64,000 nucleotides of DNA, from the NCBI GenBank assembly GCA_002478275.1, contig DLMY01000059.1:1-64000 (forward strand), written 5' to 3'. Shown here one piece after another: positions 57,341 through 64,000 of the stretch. Below the pieces are notes generated by a model. The model worked only from the letters and a program-made list of their open reading frames with translations. It made no database searches and had not been told where the DNA came from. The position numbers were made by a program, and so were the translations under genes. The first letter of the stretch is position 1. Each line of letters begins with the position of its first letter. This DNA is from Actinobacteria bacterium UBA7524 (GTDB taxonomy: Bacteria; Actinomycetota; Coriobacteriia; Anaerosomatales; UBA912).

Positions 57341-58165
57341 ATGAGGTACACGCGTTTCGAGTGGCTCGTGATCGGTGTCGGAGGAGCAGCCATAGCGGGA
57401 AGCACCCTGTTCAGCTTTGGCGCCGCACCGATGATCCAGGAGATCGTCGCACAGTTCCTGCTGTTCGCAGTGCTGGCTGCAGCGGTGCACTGGGGCCGCA
57501 AGGGCGGGTTCTATGCTGCACTGGCCGCCTCGACCATCTACCTCGTGTTGCGGATCCCCCTGGTGCTCGACGAGCAGACGCTGTATCTGGACGTCGCGGC
57601 GCTCCTGGTGCTCCGGGTCCTGAGCTACGGCCTCGTCGGCATCTTGGGTGGCGAGCTTTGCGGCCGGATCAAGTACGTCTTCGCACGCTTCGAGGACTCC
57701 GAGAGCATCGATGAGTGGAGTCATGTCTACAATCAGCGATTCACCCTGCGTGCCTTGGACAACGTCTTAGGGCAGTACTCCCGCTACGAGACGCCCTTCT
57801 CGGTGGTCATCATCAACATCTCCCAGCGCGTTCTCGACGGACTACAGTCTGCCAAGCAGCAGTCGATCGTCCGTGGGCTGGCCAACAACCTCCGCAACGA
57901 TATCCGTCTGGTCGACGAGATCGGCAGACTCGATGACGGCCGGTTCCTCATCGTGTTGCCCCAAACACCCCGGGACGGCGGCAAGGTCGTAGCAGATCGC
58001 TTGAAGCAGGGCAGCTGCCGCTTCCTGGGAGCGAAGGACGAATCGATATCGGTGACCGCCCTGGGCGCCCCCGAAGACCTGGCACGTCTCACGACATTCC
58101 GTGACAGTCTCGTCCAGGAGCCGGCCGAGGACTCGCAGGATCAGTCGGAGTCGTCCGGCTCGTAG
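57341..58165 (+). CDS. Membrane protein with a degenerate GGDEF domain
   Basis: Four TM segments, then IDEWSHVYNQRF, PFSVVII, NDIRLVDEIGRLDDGRFLIVLPQT; GG(D/E)EF is replaced by DDGRF. Confidence 0.82.
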   Translation: MRYTRFEWLVIGVGGAAIAGSTLFSFGAAPMIQEIVAQFLLFAVLAAAVHWGRKGGFYAALAASTIYLVLRIPLVLDEQTLYLDVAALLVLRVLSYGLVGILGGELCGRIKYVFARFEDSESIDEWSHVYNQRFTLRALDNVLGQYSRYETPFSVVIINISQRVLDGLQSAKQQSIVRGLANNLRNDIRLVDEIGRLDDGRFLIVLPQTPRDGGKVVADRLKQGSCRFLGAKDESISVTALGAPEDLARLTTFRDSLVQEPAEDSQDQSESSGS

Positions 58166-58587
58166 AGCTTCTCGGGCCCGATGACGGACATCCCTGCCGC
58201 TTCGAGCACGGCCGGTGCCCGCGCATCGTCGACCTTGAAGATGTCGACGGCCGCCGCCGCTCCGGGCTCGACGAACGCGTATGCGTACTCGACGTTGACC
58301 TGAGCTTCCTTGAGCACCTCAAGCACGTCTGCCAGTCCGCCGGGCCGGTCCGGGATCTCCACTGCGATCACGCGTGTGAGCGAAGCACCGAAGCCTGCGT
58401 CGTCCAACACCTTCTTGGCCCGATGAGGCCTGTCACAGATGATGCGCACGACACCGAAATCGGCCGTGTCCGCGACCATCAGCGCACGCAGGTTCACACC
58501 GGCATCAGCCAGCGTACGGGTCATCTCCGCAAGATGCCCGGGCTTGTTCTCCAGAAAGACCGAAAGCTGCTCGATCACGCCTCTCAC
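58141..58587 (-). CDS. Tandem ACT-domain protein (copy 2)
   Basis: QLSVFLENKPGHL, ADTADFGVVR, PDRPGGL, NVEYAYA. Confidence 0.9.
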   Translation of the reverse strand: MRGVIEQLSVFLENKPGHLAEMTRTLADAGVNLRALMVADTADFGVVRIICDRPHRAKKVLDDAGFGASLTRVIAVEIPDRPGGLADVLEVLKEAQVNVEYAYAFVEPGAAAAVDIFKVDDARAPAVLEAAGMSVIGPEKLYEPDDSD

Positions 58588-59888
58588 ATCCCCTCTTGCT
58601 CGGCACGCATGTCGACGACGCGCTTGGCCTTACCCTCGGAACGCTCGATGGACTTCGGCTCGACGAGCTTGACGTCGATGGACACGGCGAGCGCGGACTG
58701 GATCTCACCGCGCACCCTGCCCTGCAACGCTTCGAGCTCGCGGATCTCGTCGAAATCGGTATCCTGCGCGACTTCGACGCGCACCTCGACGGTGTCCATG
58801 GACCCCCGCTTACCGAGGATGACCTGGTAATGCGGCGCGACGCCCTCGATGCCCGCGAGCACCTGCTCGATCTGGCTCGGGAAGACGTTGACCCCGCGGA
58901 TGATGATCATGTCGTCGCTGCGGCCCGTGATGCGTTCCATGCGGCGGAACGTGCGTCCACACGGACACTCGCCCGGGATGATCCGCGATATGTCGCGTGT
59001 CCGGTAGCGGATCACCGGGATGCCCTCTTTCGAGATGGTGGTGAACACGACCTCACCATACTCACCATCGGGAACCGGCTGGAGCGTCTCGGAATCGACG
59101 ATCTCGATCAGGAAGTGGTCCTCGTTGACGTGCAGGCCGTTCTGCTCGGAGCACTCGGAAGCCACGCCGGGACCGAGCACCTCGCTCAGGCCGTAGATGT
59201 CGATCGCCTTGACGGCGAGCTTGGCTTCGATCTGGCGGCGCATGTTCTCGCTCCACGGCTCGGCTCCGAAGACGCCCGCCTTCAGAGCGAGACCCTTCAC
59301 GTCGATGCCCATCTCCTCGGCGGTCTCCGCGATGAGCAGCGCGTAACTCGGTGTGCATGCCAGGATGGTGGTCCCGAAGTCCTTGAGCACCTGGACCTGG
59401 CGCTTGGTGTTGCCTCCCGAGATGGGGACGGTGAGCGCGCCGAGCCGCTCCGAACCGTAGTGCACGCCCAGTCCGCCCGTGAACAGACCGTAGCCGTAGG
59501 TCACCTGGACGATGTCGTCGGCGGTGCCGCCGGCACACGCCAGGGTGCGTGCCATCATGTCGGCCCACATGTCGATGTCGTTGCGCGTGTAGCCGACGAC
59601 CGTGATCTGCCCCGTCGTGCCGGACGACGAATGCACACGCACGATCTCACTCAGCGGTGCGGCGAACATCCCATAAGGGTACGCGGAGCGCAGGTCGTCT
59701 TTGAGGGTGAACGGGAACGCGGCCAGGTCCTCGATACTTCGCAACTCCGGCGTCACGCCGGCGCCGTCGAAAGATGCGCGATAGAACGCCACGTTGTCGT
59801 AGACCCTGCGAAGGGTGGTGTTCAACCGCTCGACTTGCAGCTGCTGAAGCCCCTCGCGATCCATCGCCTCGAACTGCGGCTGGTACAC
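58584..59888 (-). CDS. paaK: Phenylacetate-CoA ligase family protein (copy 2)
   Basis: YPYGMFA, HSSSGTTG, YGLFTGGLG, GAEPWSE, IYGLSE, RYRTRD, GRSDDM.IIRGVNVFPSQIE. Confidence 0.92.
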   Translation of the reverse strand: MYQPQFEAMDREGLQQLQVERLNTTLRRVYDNVAFYRASFDGAGVTPELRSIEDLAAFPFTLKDDLRSAYPYGMFAAPLSEIVRVHSSSGTTGQITVVGYTRNDIDMWADMMARTLACAGGTADDIVQVTYGYGLFTGGLGVHYGSERLGALTVPISGGNTKRQVQVLKDFGTTILACTPSYALLIAETAEEMGIDVKGLALKAGVFGAEPWSENMRRQIEAKLAVKAIDIYGLSEVLGPGVASECSEQNGLHVNEDHFLIEIVDSETLQPVPDGEYGEVVFTTISKEGIPVIRYRTRDISRIIPGECPCGRTFRRMERITGRSDDMIIIRGVNVFPSQIEQVLAGIEGVAPHYQVILGKRGSMDTVEVRVEVAQDTDFDEIRELEALQGRVRGEIQSALAVSIDVKLVEPKSIERSEGKAKRVVDMRAEQEGM

Positions 59889-59915
59889 GGCTCGCTCCCC
59901 TCTCCCCTTGCCTTC

Positions 59916-61886
59916 TTACTGAACCGTCGCGGTCGGTTCTGTGGAGGGTACCACCTTGGTCCCCACGCGGACGACCTGTTCTTTGGGACGATACACCGAC
60001 TTGAACGAGTCTTCACGCACCAGGACCCCGTTCTTGCGCACGAAGCGCTTCACGACGATCGTGCGGCCGTCGATACCGCTGTCTTCGATGTGACGCATCC
60101 CGACCTCGAGCTCCGGGTCCTGGACCTCCTTGACCGGATGCGCCCTCACATCGGTCCACGGTCCGGCCTCCGCCGTGACTTCGTATCCGGGGTCGGTGCC
60201 GTACAGGCTCACTGTCACCGAGGAGTTCGAGTACGCCGTCGCGATCAGTATCCAGTGCTCGGTGTCGTTCTTGAACTTGAAGTCAGGGCCACCCCACGAC
60301 AGCGTCGCGTCACGTCCCTTGGGGTAGCTCGAGATGTAGAACGAGTGGTTCTTGCGCTCGACGATGGGCAGTCCGGATTCGAACACCGTGTTGAAGATGG
60401 TGGTGCCGAACTGACAGATACCCCCGCCGAGCTGAGGCACCAGCTTCCCGTTGACGATGGCGGGCGCCTCCTGATAACCCTTCTCGGCGGTGCGCGGCCC
60501 CACGGTCTCGTTGAACGAGAACGTCGCGCCGGGCGCCACGAGCGTACCGTCGATCGCATCAGCCAGCGTGTGGATGTTGCTCACCCGGGGCCTGTTGCCC
60601 GGGTCGTACTTGGTCGAATACGTCGAGATACGCTCGACGATCCCCATGTTCTCGGCGTCCGCGGTGGTGATCTCCGGCTCGACCCTGTGGGTCCGCAGCT
60701 CGACGACGCGCTCTCCGCCAGATGTCAGCACCCGCGTCATCTCAAGCGCAAGCGCGTCGATGTCAGGCCCCACGCCATCTTGCGACGGGACGATCGTCAC
60801 GCTACCGCCGCCGACTTTGAACGTCGCGTTCACCGCAGGTCGTCCAGCCGTCCCGACCTTGGGCATCACCGTTTCGGAAGCCTTCTCCGCATCGATGTAC
60901 GCCTCAAGGACCTTACGCTCCGTAGCGAACCCTCCGGACGCAGGCGCAGAGCTGCTCGCATCCGTTCCGGATGCGTCGACGGCGGCGTCCGGGGTCCCCG
61001 TCGCACCGTCCGCGGGAACCGCGCGAAACGCGATCCACGGCGCGATCTGCACCGCGGAGAACTCCCACGTCTTGTCCTCGTACGTGACGGTCACGGGACC
61101 GGAGAGCATCGCTTGCGCCTGGGTCAACGCATCGGCGGCATCATCATCAGTCACGCTCACGGGGACGAACTCGACCCTGACCTCGACCTGTCGCCGAGGA
61201 GACACGAACGCCCGCTACATGTCACGCTCCAGCACGTCCGTACGCGCCGCGAGGCCGACGACCGCCGGCTGCAGACTCGCCTCCGTGCCCTCGATGACGA
61301 CCGCAGCGTCCTGAGGAGCCCTGTCGGTGACCTCTCTGACACGTCCGAAGAACACCTCGGTCGATGTCTCCTCGGCAGATACCGGCGCCCTCTGATCGAT
61401 GCGCCCGACCCAGGCCGATGCGCGCTGGGTGACACGCGACATGAAGTCCCCGGAACGTCCGACGCCGTATGCACGGGCCGCCGCCGAATCGCTGTCCACC
61501 TCCACGCCGAGGAGACCCGCCGTCGCCTCCCAGCTCTCTTGCTCGAACACGACCTTGACGGGGTCCTGGATGCGCTCGCCGAGTTCTTCGGAGATCCGCG
61601 AGGCTGCGGCCTCGAGGCGCAGACCGCCAACGGACACCCCGTCGACCTTCACGCCGGGGTGCACTCGTCCGGCGCTGAACACCAGGTCGACGCCGGTGAA
61701 CACCAGCACCAGGGCCAGGACGGCCGAGGGGATGGCGATCGACAGCTGCTGCCAGAGCGGCAGTCCGCGAAATGCCGCCCACTTGCCCCTCGCGCCGCGA
61801 GAGCGGGCACGCTCGGCGCGGGCACGGCGACCGGATTCGACCAGCGTTCTCCCATCGATCTCTTGTGTGATCTCGGTTTCCTCCAC
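59916..61886 (-). pseudogene. VanW-family peptidoglycan-binding protein with C-terminal G5 domain, interrupted by an in-frame TAG at 61215-61217
   Basis: ORFs 61215-61886 and 59916-61205 share a frame (...LERDM*RAFVSPRR...). TM plus GVKVDGVSVGGL in the first part; FSFNETVG, GGGICQ, ERKNHS, GRDAT, VRVGTK in the second. Confidence 0.85.
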
Positions 61887-61889
61887 GCG

Positions 61890-62681
61890 TCAGTTCTCCT
61901 CCACGGGACGGCCTGCCTCGAACACCGGCTCGGGCGCCGCCGCAACGGTCAACTCGTCTCGTCTCTCAACAACCACGGTCACGCCCGGAAATGTCGACAG
62001 CGTACTCTTCAGCCCCCCGGGCAACGTGAGCGATTGCTCGAGGTTGTCCGGATTGCCTATCGCGACCACTTTGAACTCCCGAGCAAGAACCGTTCCGTCG
62101 ACTCGTATGGTACCGTCGCCACCGGAGAACCCGGTAAGCGCATCGACCCGCATGCCGTTGACGCTCACGGCTTCAGCGCCGCCGGCGCGCAGCTCGTTGA
62201 CGAGCGCGACGAAGTCCTGTGGCAGCAGTACGCGCTCATCGTCGACAAGCGTGACGTGGATGCCGGGACCCTTCACCAGTTCAAAACCGGCGATCGCGCG
62301 CAGGGCCTGGAGCTCTTTGGCCGCTTCGTTGAGCAACTGACTGCGGTCGGAGGTCTCGCGCTCGGCTTCGATGATCCGTGTCTGCAACCGCATGATCTCG
62401 GAACGCAACGCCGTGTTCTCGCTGGTGAGCTCCTGGATGATGATCGCCAGGTTCTGGTCGGTCTGACGTTCGGGAGATTTGGCGAGTACAGCGTTTCCAC
62501 GCCACTGGGCGACCAGCATGAAGCCGGCCAGCATGAGGGCTGCCGCCAGGGTGGCCATCAGGCGCGCATTCTGGAAACCGCGCTCGACGACACGCTCCCC
62601 TGCCGCGATGTGCCGCAGCGAGACGTCCTTGAGATGTGTGAGCTTCTCGCGGGTACGCGAGGGTTTGGACTGCTGCATCAT
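61890..62681 (-). CDS. DUF881-family protein
   Basis: TM plus coiled coil, AG...VKGPGI.VTL.D, VNELRAGGAEAVSVNG.RV, AIGNP; ATGA overlap with sbp. Confidence 0.9.
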   Translation of the reverse strand: MMQQSKPSRTREKLTHLKDVSLRHIAAGERVVERGFQNARLMATLAAALMLAGFMLVAQWRGNAVLAKSPERQTDQNLAIIIQELTSENTALRSEIMRLQTRIIEAERETSDRSQLLNEAAKELQALRAIAGFELVKGPGIHVTLVDDERVLLPQDFVALVNELRAGGAEAVSVNGMRVDALTGFSGGDGTIRVDGTVLAREFKVVAIGNPDNLEQSLTLPGGLKSTLSTFPGVTVVVERRDELTVAAAPEPVFEAGRPVEEN

Positions 62682-63022
62682 TCCCACCCGCGCCTCTGGA
62701 AGACGATGCGACGCACGGATGCGAGATTGTCGAAGAGCCTGATCCCGAAGGCCACGACCGCCGCAAGATAGAGTTCGCGCACCCCGATACGATCGCCGAT
62801 GAACACGATGAACGCAGCGAGCAACGTGTTGGTGATGAACCCGAACGCGAACACCTTGTCGTCGAAGGTCCGCTCGAGCGAGGCCTTGATACCGCCAAAG
62901 CACGAGTCGAACGCGGCAAGCACGGCGACGCCCACGTACGTGAGCAGGTTCGGCGGTATCTGCAGGTCTGTGAGTAACCCCAGCGTCACGCCGAGTGCCA
63001 GTGCGAGCACGAGCACCATCAT
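62678..63022 (-). CDS. sbp: Small basic protein family (DUF1290)
   Basis: Y..VAVLAAFDS.FGG, F..GF..N, GD..GV..LY.A.V..FG.RLF.N....RR; sits between two DUF881 genes. Confidence 0.9.
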   Translation of the reverse strand: MMVLVLALALGVTLGLLTDLQIPPNLLTYVGVAVLAAFDSCFGGIKASLERTFDDKVFAFGFITNTLLAAFIVFIGDRIGVRELYLAAVVAFGIRLFDNLASVRRIVFQRRGWE

Positions 63023-63750
63023 GACGGATCGCCTCCCACTTGCTGGAGGTACTGCGGCCGCAGGGTGCCCTTGAACGCAGCGACCTGCAGGCGGTTGGAC
63101 TGACTCACCGAGACCTGCAGGCTGAACTGCTTCTTGTAGGTGACGAGCACGAGCGAAGCACTGTGGTCCTCGGCCAGTGCGGCCTCCAGCTCGACCGGGT
63201 CACCGATCGCGCGGACGGTGTAGGGGCTGCCTATCCGCACCGAGTTGACCAGTATCGTGGTGCCCGCACAGCGGATCGGCGTGGTACCGACGATACGCTC
63301 GCCGTTGACGTCGATCGCTTCCGCGCCGCCCGCGAGCAGCGCGTTCACAACTGCCGCGAGGTCGGTGTCGTGGATGACGTAATCGTTGGGGTCGGCGCCG
63401 GGCGGCACCTCGGTCCCGTCAGCGAGGATGACTTCGAGGCCCGGGCCGACAACCCCTGACAGGCCCGCCGATGCGCGCGCCTCGCGCAACTCCCGCGAGA
63501 ACGTCTCGCGCACACCGGCGTCTTCGGCCGCTTCACGCTCAAGATCGTTCATCCGGTGGCGAAGCTCGGAGAGGCGCTGCTGCAGCTCATCGCGTTGCGT
63601 TTCCATGTCCCGGGCGACCGTCGCGAGGTCGCCGACACGGTCCGGCCGTGCCTGACCCAGGTCGCGAGCGGTGTTGAATGCGATCGCGACGAGGAATCCG
63701 AGCATGGCGAAGACTATGACGAGCGATGGGCGAAAAGTGATGCGGTCCAT
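63019..63750 (-). CDS. DUF881-family protein
   Basis: AGL..V.GPGL.V.L.D, IHDTDL..VVN.L..GGAEAI.VNGER, IRCAG.TILVN, AIGDP. Confidence 0.92.
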   Translation of the reverse strand: MDRITFRPSLVIVFAMLGFLVAIAFNTARDLGQARPDRVGDLATVARDMETQRDELQQRLSELRHRMNDLEREAAEDAGVRETFSRELREARASAGLSGVVGPGLEVILADGTEVPPGADPNDYVIHDTDLAAVVNALLAGGAEAIDVNGERIVGTTPIRCAGTTILVNSVRIGSPYTVRAIGDPVELEAALAEDHSASLVLVTYKKQFSLQVSVSQSNRLQVAAFKGTLRPQYLQQVGGDPS

Positions 63751-63806
63751 TACGTCCCGGTTTCGTGTTCGACTGAACGCTACATTATAGCAGCCGCGAG
63801 GAAGCC

Positions 63807-64000
63807 TTAGTACGTATCCTGTCCCGTCGGGCCCGGTCCCGGCGTGTCCAGTCCTAGCGGATCGAGTCCGAGCAGGACACGGATGACGGCGTGAGCCTCG
63901 TGAGCGGCGGCCACCATCACCCGGGAGGCCAGTAACGGCAGCCCCCCGCGAACGTCTGACTCGAAGTCGCCGGCGACCCAGACGTTTCTGGCCAGCGAAA
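63807..64000 (-). CDS. thiF: 3' end of a ThiF-like sulfur-carrier adenylyltransferase (partial)
   Basis: Hand translation: ...NVWVAGDFESDVRGGLPLLASRVMVAAAHEAHAVIRVLLG...*; not in the ORF track. Confidence 0.7.
   Translation of the reverse strand, partial: SLARNVWVAGDFESDVRGGLPLLASRVMVAAAHEAHAVIRVLLGLDPLGLDTPGPGPTGQDTY

Noticed and set aside
59916..61205. VanW as a vancomycin resistance locus
   Set aside because: No vanHAX or vanRS genes; VanW-like PG-binding proteins are common housekeeping envelope proteins.
58596..62771. 1391-aa ORF on the + strand
   Set aside because: Antisense shadow of paaK, the VanW gene and DUF881. It has no recognisable motifs, and long stop-free antisense frames are expected at this GC content.
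1..64000. Genome-wide amber (TAG) reassignment
   Set aside because: TAG ends many full-length conserved genes (yajQ, rny, lexA, hpt, gcvH), so it is a normal stop.

Overview
High-GC chromosomal segment, most likely from an anaerobic Actinomycetota of class Coriobacteriia. This is inferred from Gram-positive-type LexA boxes, lexA-LysM-nrdR synteny, the DUF881-sbp-DUF881 and GarA-MerR cluster, RNase Y/J, class III RNR and CWB2 surface proteins. The window appears to straddle the replication terminus: almost all genes from 1 to 31.9 kb are on +, almost all from 32 to 64 kb are on -, and a dif-like XerCD site lies at the convergence point (31945-31972). Left half: a CWB2 surface protein, dapA-rnj-uppP-ftsK-rodZ-yajQ-rimO-pgsA-cinA-thpR-recA-recX, an unannotated ~150-nt rod-shaped RNA candidate (6S/Ms1-like), rny, an orphan MutL-like GHKL ATPase, spoVS, a PHP hydrolase, miaB, an AmmeMemoRadiSam B-A fusion, miaA-dapF-dapL-hflX, lexA/LysM and nrdR-nrdD-redoxin-nrdG-dut-NUDIX. 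Right half: three uncharacterised genes next to dif, an iorAB-ACT-Liv-type ABC-paaK aryl-acid module, NlpC/P60, a small islet (ParE-type toxin relic, GT2, stand-alone LAGLIDADG-like protein), apt/hpt with a PD-(D/E)XK-like gene, a MerR-FHA-unknown-single-motif RsiG operon, lipoyl ligase and glycine cleavage genes, a DD-carboxypeptidase, a pilin plus degenerate GGDEF protein, a second paaK-ACT pair, a VanW-family gene broken by an in-frame TAG, DUF881-sbp-DUF881 and the 3' end of thiF. No CRISPR array, rRNA, tRNA or intact mobile element was seen. All calls are from motif recognition by eye; no database searches were run.
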